Positions 8,965 to 17,734 of a stretch of 64,000 nt of DNA are shown here, piece by piece. Below the pieces are notes generated by a model. The model made no database searches and was not told where the DNA came from. It saw only the letters and a program-made list of their open reading frames with translations. Position numbers and translations under genes: made by a program. Each line of letters begins with the position of its first letter. The stretch's first letter is position 1. This DNA is from a virus. Taxonomy: Duplodnaviria; Heunggongvirae; Uroviricota; Caudoviricetes. The stretch lies in IMG/VR virus record IMGVR_UViG_3300031419_000581; one strand, given 5' to 3'.

Positions 8965-9318
8965 ATGAGTTTACTTATCGATGATAGTGCAAAAAAACGA
9001 CTTGAAGAATTACATAAAGAAGATAAAGCCTCTAACCGGATATTGTTGATTGACCTAAATCAGTCAGGATGTTCTGGCTGGGCATATCACTATTCATGGC
9101 TTGTTTCTCAGGAAGCGTCAAAGAAAAAACTGATCGTTGAAGAAATTGAAATGAACGGTCATCATTTTAGTGTAGGCTATCCAGAAATGTATGCTGATTA
9201 TTTTAAAGGCGCGACATTAATTTATAAAAAAGAAGGATTAAATACGCGTCTGTTAATTGATAATCCGAATGTCATGTCTGAGTGTGGGTGTGGTGAAAGT
9301 GTCAATTTTCAGCAATAG
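8965..9318 (+). CDS. A-type iron-sulfur cluster carrier (HesB/IscA/ErpA family)
   Basis: ATG at 8965 after GGAGGA (the track's GTG at 8941 is less likely). Family signature GCSG...NPN...CGCGES with the three conserved cysteines. Confidence 0.75.
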   Translation: MSLLIDDSAKKRLEELHKEDKASNRILLIDLNQSGCSGWAYHYSWLVSQEASKKKLIVEEIEMNGHHFSVGYPEMYADYFKGATLIYKKEGLNTRLLIDNPNVMSECGCGESVNFQQ

Positions 9319-9470
9319 TTTTAAAAAAACTAAATAGCAATCTGATAAATGAGAAGCGTTTTTAATAAAGCGCTTTTTTTTATGTTCAAAATATCAAAAA
9401 AGCTGTATTAATTGAAAAAAAGCGGTTAAAATAATAGAGATGATAATTCAAAACATAAAAGGTAATTGAT

Positions 9471-11231
9471 ATGCAAATTTCAGTATCATATGAAGATATG
9501 AAAAAACAGGTTCCTGATCTGGTTGAATCTGTTGAAAGTCGTGCAAAAGGTGTAAAAAATGGTAGTTTTGATGGTTCTTCTGATCCACAAAGCTGGAAGT
9601 GGTTTGTGGAAGTTGAAGATAAGTTTGCAGATAATAACATTCCTGCACTTATGTATTACAATCAGCCTATCGATAAAAACTCACCAGATGTTAAAAGTGA
9701 AAGATTGGTCGATAATGACAAGCTTGCATTGTCAAACGAAGATTTTGTAAAAAAATATATGTCTATGGGAGTCATTAACGCCCGTTTAGGTGTTATTGCA
9801 GGAAAAGCAAAAGTTGATACCTCTATTACGCATGTGGATAGCATTCCAACAGATCTTCTGCAAATGTATGCTATGAAAGAAAACAATGCTCAGCCTACCG
9901 GTCATAAATTGTTGTCAGTTTATAAGGGAGAAAGAAATCCAGGTCAGCCAGGTGTTGCAAAAGTTGCTATTGTTGCGGCATTTGAAAAAGAAGATGGTCA
10001 GTTCATGTTGTTAACCAAAGAAAGCAACAATATGGAGAGACTGTTTATTCGTGGGATTGATGAAAAAACCAATAGTGTTATGACTTATGGAACAATTCTG
10101 GAAAATTCGCAAGGCTGGGATGTTGAAGAAGGTAAATACTGGAAAGACGTTTCTACTGTTGGCTGGAAAAGAATTTCAGCAGATGAAATTGAGAAAAAAT
10201 TTGCAAAAGATGTTCTGAAAGAAGAATTCGATTTCGACAAATGGTCAAATCTTTCAAAAGGCATGGCTCTGGCAGCAGTATTCGGTGATGATTTTACAGT
10301 AGATGCAAGGGTAGCTCCATTTGACGCAGATGCACTAAATGATTCGGTTCGTTATTTTGAATATGGTGAAGAATTATCTGATCGCGAGTTTATCGAAAAT
10401 AAATGGGCGATGTTTGATAAGTTAACGCCAGATGGTCTCGACAGAGGCAAAAAGCCTATGTCAATTGGAGAGATCATCAAAAATGGTGATACTGAAGGTC
10501 TGCGTATTATGATTGAAGAATATAAAACAACAGGTGCGTATGACAAAATCTTTGTTGAAAATAACGAAGAACAAAATATTTCAACGCTGCTGTTCCATAC
10601 TGCAGCAACGGGTACACCTGAAATGATGCAAATGCTGATTGATCTTGGCGCTGACCCAAGCCGTGAATTTATTAAAGAAATTGCAAAAGGTATGTTCTCG
10701 CATTATCCAGTTATGCATAATGCAATTATGGGTGAAAATACAGAAGTTGTTAAATTCATGATTGAGAAAGGTTATGAAGGTATTGAAAATCGTTTCACCA
10801 GCACTGAGACATGGTTAATGTTTGCCGTAACAGAAGGTAAACTGAAAAGTGCTGATATGCTTCTTGAAATGGGTGCTGACATTAATGCTACAACTTTCCA
10901 TGGCAATACGGCATTGCATCTTGCGGCAAGTAAGGCAAATGCATTAGCTCTGGAATGGCTGATTAAGCATGACGCAGATCCAACGATTGAAAATCCTGCT
11001 GGAAAATTATATTCAGAAATGTTGGATGATGGTGAAGAATGGAATGAACTGTATAATTTCCTGGAAGATTACCGTGAAGCGAAAGAAAATGGAACTGAGT
11101 TCACGTTGCCAGAAGATTTTTATGATCGTGTAACTTACAAAAAAGAAGATGACGCAGCAGAACAACAGAAAAATATGCTTGCTCAGTTGCTTGCCAAAAT
11201 GCCAGGCGCTTCTAAAAAGCCAAGTCCATAA
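9471..11231 (+). CDS. ankyrin-repeat protein with a large unknown N-terminal domain (no R-[LIM] tail)
   Basis: 586 aa. The C-terminal third has clear ANK repeats (STLLFHTAATGTPEMMQMLIDLGADP; HYPVMHNAIMGENTEVVKFMIEKG; GNTALHLAASKANALALEWLIKHDADP). Ends ...ASKKPSP. Its codon usage looks less AT-skewed than the tail-family genes. Confidence 0.8.
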   Translation: MQISVSYEDMKKQVPDLVESVESRAKGVKNGSFDGSSDPQSWKWFVEVEDKFADNNIPALMYYNQPIDKNSPDVKSERLVDNDKLALSNEDFVKKYMSMGVINARLGVIAGKAKVDTSITHVDSIPTDLLQMYAMKENNAQPTGHKLLSVYKGERNPGQPGVAKVAIVAAFEKEDGQFMLLTKESNNMERLFIRGIDEKTNSVMTYGTILENSQGWDVEEGKYWKDVSTVGWKRISADEIEKKFAKDVLKEEFDFDKWSNLSKGMALAAVFGDDFTVDARVAPFDADALNDSVRYFEYGEELSDREFIENKWAMFDKLTPDGLDRGKKPMSIGEIIKNGDTEGLRIMIEEYKTTGAYDKIFVENNEEQNISTLLFHTAATGTPEMMQMLIDLGADPSREFIKEIAKGMFSHYPVMHNAIMGENTEVVKFMIEKGYEGIENRFTSTETWLMFAVTEGKLKSADMLLEMGADINATTFHGNTALHLAASKANALALEWLIKHDADPTIENPAGKLYSEMLDDGEEWNELYNFLEDYREAKENGTEFTLPEDFYDRVTYKKEDDAAEQQKNMLAQLLAKMPGASKKPSP

Positions 11232-11240
11232 AGTTAATTA

Positions 11241-11265
11241 ACTCTCCCTTATGGGGGAGTTTTTA
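11241..11265 (+). terminator. rho-independent terminator
   Basis: ACTCTCCC-ttat-GGGGGAGT stem (one G-U pair) followed by TTTTT. Confidence 0.75.
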
Positions 11266-11289
11266 TTATGGAGTTTTGACAGGTTTATA

Positions 11290-11317
11290 AAAAAATAAAG
11301 AGGTCTTTCGACCTCTT
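11290..11317 (-). terminator. hairpin with its T-run on the minus strand (possible terminator of a leftward transcript)
   Basis: AAGAGGTC-tttc-GACCTCTT perfect stem at 11298-11317. The A-run at 11290-11297 reads as a T-run only on the minus strand. No annotated minus-strand gene lies to its right. Confidence 0.4.
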
Positions 11318-11787
11318 AAAATTTTAAATTTTTATAAACTGAGACTACGTTTATAACGTTGCTTCTTTTGACAGAGATTGTCATAATTACTGCGTTAGTA
11401 AAATTACAGTAATTTGGCCTCTATCGTATCCACTTTGAAGTAAAGCAACACGACCGCATTTATCAAGGTCCTGCATTTGACCTGTCATATATTGCTACTC
11501 AACTTATCATAATCTGTTATTCCAGTTATTAATATGTGTTATATCAGCATTATGTAAATCAACTGATTAAAAATCAGACTCGGTTTATCCAAGTTTTAGG
11601 TCGCTTTATCACAATATACCGCCGCGCACGGCAAAATCGTAAATGTTTATTTTATTATTGTTGAAGGGTTTTATTATGAATTGTATTAATAGTGTACTTT
11701 TATAAGGTAACAATGAAGAACTGTCAATGGTCTTCTCTAAAAAATGTCTAATAAGTAAGCAAACGAATGAATTATAAAATAAAGTTC

Positions 11788-11817
11788 TTGCAAAGAAAAA
11801 AAGAACTACGCTATAAT
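11788..11817 (+). promoter_or_regulatory. sigma70 promoter of clpP
   Basis: TTGCAA (11788-11793), 18-nt spacer, TATAAT (11812-11817). It lies inside the ORF track's N-terminal extension, which argues against the 11767 start. Confidence 0.6.
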
Positions 11818-11850
11818 AGCGCCATGTTGAACAATAAAAGGAAAGTAAAT

Positions 11851-12435
11851 ATGGCTGTTATTCCAATGGTAATTGAGCAAACTTCTCGCGGTGAACGTTC
11901 TTATGATATTTATTCCCGCCTGCTAAAAGAGCGTATTATCTTTCTGAATGGTCAGGTTGAAGACAATATGGCAAACGTGATTGTTGCACAAATGCTGTTC
12001 CTGGAAGCAGAAAATCCTGAAAAAGATATTTATCTGTATATCAACTCGCCAGGTGGTGTCATTACTGCTGGTATGGCTATTTTCGATACCATGAAATTCA
12101 TTAAGCCTGATGTCAGCACCATTTGTCAGGGTCAGGCATGTTCTATGGGTGCTTTCCTGCTGGGTGCAGGCACCAAAGGCAAGCGTTTTTGTCTGCCAAG
12201 TGCACGAGTTATGATCCATCAGCCTCTGGGTGGTTATCAGGGTCAGGCGACAGACATTGAAATTCATGCGCGTGAGATGCTGAAAGTTAAAGCACGAATG
12301 AATGAGCTTATGGCTGAACATACCGGTAAGCCGGTTGAAGAGATTGAACGTGATACTGAACGAGATCGTTTCATGTCAGCACAGGAAGCTATGGACTATG
12401 GTCTGATTGACGGTATTCTTGATAAGCGTAAATAA
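11851..12435 (+). CDS. clpP: ATP-dependent Clp protease proteolytic subunit ClpP
   Basis: [28 protein letters not shown]...[14 protein letters not shown]...[11 protein letters not shown]...[20 protein letters not shown]... is colinear and mostly identical to E. coli ClpP as I recall it, with the catalytic Ser (SMG), His and Asp contexts present. Start at 11851 (AAGGA SD) or 11824. No clpX follows. Confidence 0.95.
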   Translation: MAVIPMVIEQTSRGERSYDIYSRLLKERIIFLNGQVEDNMANVIVAQMLFLEAENPEKDIYLYINSPGGVITAGMAIFDTMKFIKPDVSTICQGQACSMGAFLLGAGTKGKRFCLPSARVMIHQPLGGYQGQATDIEIHAREMLKVKARMNELMAEHTGKPVEEIERDTERDRFMSAQEAMDYGLIDGILDKRK

Positions 12436-12450
12436 TAAACGATAAGAAAG

Positions 12451-12478
12451 AAAAAAGAGAGCATTTGCTCTCTTTTTT
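12451..12478. terminator. bidirectional rho-independent terminator
   Basis: A6-GAGAGC-attt-GCTCTC-T6, between the convergent clpP and 12489..12959. Confidence 0.85.
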
Positions 12479-12488
12479 ATTATGTCTG

Positions 12489-12959
12489 TTATGAAGGTGC
12501 GTAACTGACCTGACGTTTTACCAATCCGCGATCAACAAATTCATCAAGCCACGGTTTAGCTAAATCAGGATAATTTCCATTACGTCCACCTGCCAGTTTC
12601 CAGTGTTCATAATTCAGCAATACTAAGTCATCAAGATCATTAATCTGAGTGCGGATCCCTTTTTTATCAACAGAGAACAGAATACCGTTTTCAGCTTCTT
12701 CCAGTATCATAGCACCATTTTTGTAAAAACCGTCAACGTGGAAATGACCTGAAAGAATATCATATTTACATGAAATACTGTGATCTATCAGTTCAAGAAT
12801 GACAGGGTGGAGCCTTCTTTGAGAAGGTTTATAGTCTTCAAGTCTGAACTCTTTAGGTTGAGTATGTTCTTCCTGTTCCTTGCGATGTTCTTCAATGACC
12901 ATCCCAAGATTATCTAACTGAGAACTGGCAGGTTCATTATAATTATTTTCGTGTTCCAT
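12489..12959 (-). CDS. hypothetical protein
   Basis: 156-aa ORF with AGAGG SD and an acidic N-terminus. No family recognised. Ends ...VSYAPS (no tail). Confidence 0.65.
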   Translation of the reverse strand: MEHENNYNEPASSQLDNLGMVIEEHRKEQEEHTQPKEFRLEDYKPSQRRLHPVILELIDHSISCKYDILSGHFHVDGFYKNGAMILEEAENGILFSVDKKGIRTQINDLDDLVLLNYEHWKLAGGRNGNYPDLAKPWLDEFVDRGLVKRQVSYAPS

Positions 12960-13049
12960 TGTTACCTCTTATTATTTTGTTATTTCCTATATCGCTAAAA
13001 TAACAAAATATATAAAATGATCAACCTCAATAATGAAAATTATTCATTA

Positions 13050-14420
13050 TTAAAGGCGAGAAATGTTTTTTTGAGCAAGAGAAACAGGAGAATCATTATG
13101 CCAGTTATTCAGTGTGTTTTCTGCATCCATAATTCTGGTAATGTATTTTCGTTGACTGTCAGGCGTTAACGTTTCGTGTAAATCAAATTTCAAATGAAGC
13201 GCTTCACGAATTTTATTTCTGGAATATTCAATATCCATTATTTTGAAATTATGTTTATCTGCTAAATGATCATGCATTTTTATCAGATTATCAGTCTGGG
13301 CAAAAAGCAGTTCAATATAACCAGGATTAGTTGTATCTCTGTTTTCTGCAACAATATGTTTTACAAAATTAACACGTGAAACCAGCCATAAATTAATAAT
13401 GTCACAGTTTTCATTGTTTTGCATATCATGTAGAATATGAGAATGTTGATTAAAAATAAGATCAGCTAATGGATTGTATGTTGGTGTCTCATCATCTTCA
13501 AACGTGATAAAGCAATCTCCCATGCTTCTATAAATAGGCAATCCCGATTCACCATAAAAATCAAAATCATTAAATATTTGTACTGCTGTTTTTTCAAGGT
13601 TTCCATTATTTTTACTGAAACATTTTGTTCCGATAGCACATGCCAATAGTTCATCAGATTGTTTTTTACTTAAAGTTAATCCCATATCATTAAAGAAGTT
13701 AATGATATCAACTCTTTCCTGCATTGCTTCAACATCTTTTTGACAATCAAAATCCAGAAGTCCTAATGCGTTAAAATACAGATTAAGTAAGAATTGAGAT
13801 TTATAAAGCGGTCCGTCTTGTTTTAAATTAAGTGATTCCTGTTTTCTTCTATCTGGTCTGCGGCTATCCAGTATCGCAGCGCCTGCATTAAAATCTTCGA
13901 TAAAATTATTAACTAAACTGTCATTTGGTGTTTCGGGTAATTGATTAATAATGTCAATCCATTCGCTGTTGAAAACTTCTTTGAGAACAGGAACTGTCAT
14001 TTTATTATGGAGTAAACTTAATAATGGGTTTTCCATAGAATGGATAAGAGTAAATGCATTTTTGTCTATGTTATTAAGCGTTTTTTTAATCAGTGAAATA
14101 TTACCAGAATTGATAAATTTATTTAACATAAACTGCTGAAAGCTATTATGGTCAATATAGGGAATTTGTTTAATCTCCTCCGTGAGTTTATCATAGCAAT
14201 AATGAAGAGTTTCTTGATGTCTTTCATAATATTGATAAGTATTAGACGCAGTAAGAAACTGAGCAGTTTCACGAATGTAAAAGAATTGAGAATGATAATG
14301 GCTTTTTTCTTCTTCGTTTTCAAATTTATCAAATAAGGTGTAGGCATTAAGTTGTGTTGAAAAATCGCTTTGTTTTTTCATAAAATCAACAAATTTGTTA
14401 TTGTTCATAATAATAGGCAT
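13050..14420 (-). CDS. hypothetical protein, R-[LIM]-COOH tail family (ends ...LAQKNISRL)
   Basis: 456-aa ORF, no signal peptide, N/F/K-rich. C-terminal MDAENTLNNW...SLAQKNISRL-stop. Confidence 0.75.
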   Translation of the reverse strand: MPIIMNNNKFVDFMKKQSDFSTQLNAYTLFDKFENEEEKSHYHSQFFYIRETAQFLTASNTYQYYERHQETLHYCYDKLTEEIKQIPYIDHNSFQQFMLNKFINSGNISLIKKTLNNIDKNAFTLIHSMENPLLSLLHNKMTVPVLKEVFNSEWIDIINQLPETPNDSLVNNFIEDFNAGAAILDSRRPDRRKQESLNLKQDGPLYKSQFLLNLYFNALGLLDFDCQKDVEAMQERVDIINFFNDMGLTLSKKQSDELLACAIGTKCFSKNNGNLEKTAVQIFNDFDFYGESGLPIYRSMGDCFITFEDDETPTYNPLADLIFNQHSHILHDMQNNENCDIINLWLVSRVNFVKHIVAENRDTTNPGYIELLFAQTDNLIKMHDHLADKHNFKIMDIEYSRNKIREALHLKFDLHETLTPDSQRKYITRIMDAENTLNNWHNDSPVSLAQKNISRL

Positions 14421-14528
14421 CCTGAATATATTTATACTTATATTCTACAAGTATATTCGCGTTCCTACAATAAAAGGTTGAATAAAGATAGCATACAAGT
14501 TTATAATATAATAAAAAGAGGAATAAAT

Positions 14529-15062
14529 ATGTTATTTATTAAAAAAATATTTGCATTTTTTTCTTTGAAACAACAACGTCGTCTTTTGAATGAAAGTCGT
14601 GAAAAAGCAAACAGAGAGTATTTTTTTGTTGATGTATCTATTTATCGTTTAATTATCAATCCTGTTATGTTAATACAGTTGATATTACTTTTATTTAAAG
14701 GCAAAAAGCAGAATATTCAGCGTTCAATTATGCTAAATGGTTTTTTGCGAGAAAATACTCTTGTTATCTTTAATCTCTTTGCCATGCCTGTTGGATTATC
14801 ATTAGGCATATTCGCTAATCATTGGCCATTATTTTTGTTTACCTGTATTGCTATAACAACTATGCTGGTTATCGTATATCTGATTTATGCCAAAATAAAT
14901 GGTTTGTTAGTTTATGCTTCACATATTGATAAGATTGAGCCTTTTGGATTGTCTGAATGGCTCGAACTACATTGTGTATCATGTCAATCAGAAATTTTGC
15001 ATAAATGTATAAAAGATAATCATGATAATCCATTCGCTCCTTCGAAAAAAAATAGACTTTAA
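14529..15062 (+). CDS. small membrane protein, R-[LIM]-COOH tail family (ends ...APSKKNRL)
   Basis: ATG at 14529 after AGAGGA. The track start at 14370 overlaps the divergent gene and is unlikely. Hydrophobic segments LIINPVMLIQLILLLF, LVIFNLFAMPVGLSLGIFA and LFLFTCIAITTMLVIVYLIYA. Cytosolic-looking C-terminal region ending KKNRL. Confidence 0.65.
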   Translation: MLFIKKIFAFFSLKQQRRLLNESREKANREYFFVDVSIYRLIINPVMLIQLILLLFKGKKQNIQRSIMLNGFLRENTLVIFNLFAMPVGLSLGIFANHWPLFLFTCIAITTMLVIVYLIYAKINGLLVYASHIDKIEPFGLSEWLELHCVSCQSEILHKCIKDNHDNPFAPSKKNRL

Positions 15063-15188
15063 TTTAGTAGAAAAATAGGCATAGTGCTAATTGATTTTAG
15101 CGATAAAGCATGTATATTAATATCTATCGCTATTAATTTGTATTAATTACAATACATTCATTTTTAAATCAGAGTCTATGGGATAACA

Positions 15189-15806
15189 ATGTATAACAAA
15201 AGGTCACGCAATTATTATATAAACGCGAATAAATTTATTTCTTTTGCATCCTGGAAAAATAACGAAGAAATGTTTTCTTTGTTTCCCAGTTTTTTCATTC
15301 AGTTAAATATTGATAAAGGTCTTGAAATAAAGATTAATAAATATATTTTCTGTCTGGGGAAAAACCGGTTTGAAATCAATACTGGTGTATATACACCAAG
15401 AAATAAGATATTAAACTGGAAGTCATCGGGATTGGAAGATTTTATTGTCTGGATAAGAAAAAATGTAAATGCTAAATTTGATAAGTATGATATGGAAGTG
15501 TTTTTGAATAACAGTCCTGAATGGAAAAAAATAATTACTCAATCAAATTGTAATAATCATTATATCCGAATATTACTGGCAAAAGAACTCGCGGATTTTT
15601 CAAATAACAAGAAAGAAGAAATAAAATCGACTACAGAAAATAAAACAAAAAATTCTTCAATAGCCAAAGATGCACTTTTATCTTCACTGGATAGCCTTGG
15701 TCAGAATGACATACCAAACGTTCCTGTTGATCCACTGGATCAGTTAGGCGATGCACTGAATATTTCTAAAGTAGATATTGAATCATGGGAAAATCATAAA
15801 AAATAA
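15189..15806 (+). CDS. hypothetical protein
   Basis: 205-aa ORF followed directly by a terminator. No family recognised and no tail. Confidence 0.6.
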   Translation: MYNKRSRNYYINANKFISFASWKNNEEMFSLFPSFFIQLNIDKGLEIKINKYIFCLGKNRFEINTGVYTPRNKILNWKSSGLEDFIVWIRKNVNAKFDKYDMEVFLNNSPEWKKIITQSNCNNHYIRILLAKELADFSNNKKEEIKSTTENKTKNSSIAKDALLSSLDSLGQNDIPNVPVDPLDQLGDALNISKVDIESWENHKK

Positions 15807-15807
15807 A

Positions 15808-15830
15808 AGAACCGAGAGGTTCTTTTATTT
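15808..15830. terminator. rho-independent terminator between convergent genes
   Basis: AGAACC-gaga-GGTTCT stem followed by TTTTATTT. Confidence 0.7.
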
Positions 15831-15838
15831 TAAGTATA

Positions 15839-16162
15839 TTATTTACGGTTTTTATAATTAACAGACGTCTCTTTCTTCCTGTTTTTTTCACATTGATAAC
15901 CTTTCTCTATATCAGTGTTGAATTCAACTTTCAGATATTCTTTTAATTTTTCTTTGCGCATACGGTGTGGGCTATCGTCTCTGGAAGAATGAGAAAGGTC
16001 AGAGACTTCATGTTTGTTGACAATAGCTTTTTCGTCACCTTTTTCGATTATGCGTTTAACATGTTGACGCATTTTTTTATGCCAAAAATTTTTAAAAAAT
16101 CTGTCGGTAGGGCGTTTATTTTTCCCCCAGGAAGGAGCATTTTTATTATAAGAACGAGACAT
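15839..16162 (-). CDS. small, highly basic hypothetical protein
   Basis: 107-aa ORF, AAGGA SD, very K/R-rich (KNKRPTDRFFKNFWHKKMRQHVKR). No family recognised. Confidence 0.55.
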   Translation of the reverse strand: MSRSYNKNAPSWGKNKRPTDRFFKNFWHKKMRQHVKRIIEKGDEKAIVNKHEVSDLSHSSRDDSPHRMRKEKLKEYLKVEFNTDIEKGYQCEKNRKKETSVNYKNRK

Positions 16163-16322
16163 ATATGTTTCCTTTTATTGATTACATTCATAATCGAAAC
16201 ATAGTGTTGACCCTCTTGTTATTAAAAAAGATATAATACTGACATTTTTATTTAGCGTCAATAAATTTTTTGATTTTTTTATTGAGAAAGTTTATACTCA
16301 CAGGAATATAAAGGAGACAAAA

Positions 16323-17660
16323 ATGAATATCAATTTTAATCAACTAGCTAGTTGTCAGAGGTTTATGGATTTTGAGCTCTATGAGAAATTCAGAAAAGAA
16401 AATGTATTCAATATCGAAAATAAATTTATAAAGAAAAAAACGAGCATACCTTTTTCGTTAGAAGAAGAAAATTTGGAATCCTATATTTTGTTAACAAAAG
16501 GGGAAGATTTAACGAAATTTGCAAAAAAATATCCCCAGGAATGTATTATAGATAAACGATCCGTAGATTGTATAAAATGGGATCAAGTTGATGTTGATTT
16601 TTTACATTGTATGGAATCCTTTATAAAAACAGAAGAAGAGGAACAAATTTTTTTAATAAAAATGGTTGAGAAAAGTTCTCATAATCCTGTTGTTGAAATG
16701 TTTTTTAAAGACTTTATCCATTGTAAAAAAATAAATATGGTAGATTTTCTTCTTCGTAATACAGAATCTCCCAAAAATTTCAAATTAATGATTATGGATG
16801 AAGTAGGATATTACAACAACCGTCCAATGGAATCTATGATAGACAAGATCTTATATTACGTAGAAGATGGTGAAAAATATAATGTATTAAGTGATTACTT
16901 TAATAAGGTTAAAAAAACGGCAGAAATACCTGTTTTAAATAAAGACGTTTCAGTATTTATTGCAAACAATTTTACTCAGGAAGAATGCAAAAATTTGTTT
17001 AAAGAACAAAAATTATCTTTGCAGAATATCAGTGAAATTGTTGCTATTGCTAAATGGGAAAAAACCTTTTTTTACAGCTTACAATATGGACAGGATCCAC
17101 TTTATATTCATTTCAATATCGGTATTCTGATTATTAACGACCTTCTGGATATAAACATAATTCGCAAGGATATACCTAACAAAAAAGTAAGAGATTATCT
17201 TACCAGTATAGGTATGTATTCGTCTTTATGTAGCGAAAATATACATCATGCTATGATTACGGAAAATATGCAAAATGATGAAGGTGATTCTCTGTTACAT
17301 TATTCTGCTGGTCTCTCTGTGGGGAATACCAATATTTATGACCTTTATAAATATTTTTATAGCAACAAATCATATTTGATTTTAAAAAACAAAAAAGGGA
17401 AAACGTTTATTGATGAGTTATTAGATAACTATAATTATGTAGAAATAATAGAAATATTGTATAAGGATAAAAATATTGAAACCGATAATCAGGAGATTTT
17501 TCAAAACATACTTGATTATGTTAATAATGACGAACGTATTTGTTCTTCGGGAGAGAATAAAATTATTATAAGTCTGCTTATAGATAAACAAAAAAATATA
17601 TTAAATGAAAGTTCAAAAATAAATCATTCATTATTGTCTTCATCTCTGGCACGATTATAA
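16323..17660 (+). CDS. hypothetical protein with ankyrin-like repeats, R-[LIM]-COOH tail family (ends ...LSSSLARL)
   Basis: AAGGAGA SD, 445 aa. ANK-like EGDSLLHYSAGLS... and KKGKTFIDELLDNYNYVEIIEILY. C-terminal IDKQKNILNES...SSSLARL-stop. Confidence 0.75.
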   Translation: MNINFNQLASCQRFMDFELYEKFRKENVFNIENKFIKKKTSIPFSLEEENLESYILLTKGEDLTKFAKKYPQECIIDKRSVDCIKWDQVDVDFLHCMESFIKTEEEEQIFLIKMVEKSSHNPVVEMFFKDFIHCKKINMVDFLLRNTESPKNFKLMIMDEVGYYNNRPMESMIDKILYYVEDGEKYNVLSDYFNKVKKTAEIPVLNKDVSVFIANNFTQEECKNLFKEQKLSLQNISEIVAIAKWEKTFFYSLQYGQDPLYIHFNIGILIINDLLDINIIRKDIPNKKVRDYLTSIGMYSSLCSENIHHAMITENMQNDEGDSLLHYSAGLSVGNTNIYDLYKYFYSNKSYLILKNKKGKTFIDELLDNYNYVEIIEILYKDKNIETDNQEIFQNILDYVNNDERICSSGENKIIISLLIDKQKNILNESSKINHSLLSSSLARL

Positions 17661-17734
17661 AAAGGATAAATTTGCTTTTTAAGCTGCAATATATTATCGT
17701 TCAGATTATGTAATACTATTCAGGAGAGATAGAC

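Noticed and set aside
11767-11850. ORF-track N-terminal extensions: clpP from 11767, 14370 for the membrane protein, 57225 for the ANK protein, 50300 for tdk and 57141 for 55918.
   Set aside because: The extensions contain the genes' own promoter elements (TTGCAA/TATAAT at 11788-11817; TATAAT at 57221-57226), overlap the divergent gene, or use TTG starts. Downstream ATGs have good SDs and match homolog N-termini.
11923-12321. 132-aa ORF antisense to clpP. Similar long antisense ORFs occur inside other conserved genes: 18095-18580, 20503-20691, 23282-23629, 31135-31335, 37422-37634, 52857-53168, 59284-59661 and 59854-60162.
   Set aside because: Each lies fully inside a strongly supported gene on the opposite strand, lacks an SD, and has odd composition (Cys/His/Thr-rich or low complexity). 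These are shadow ORFs.
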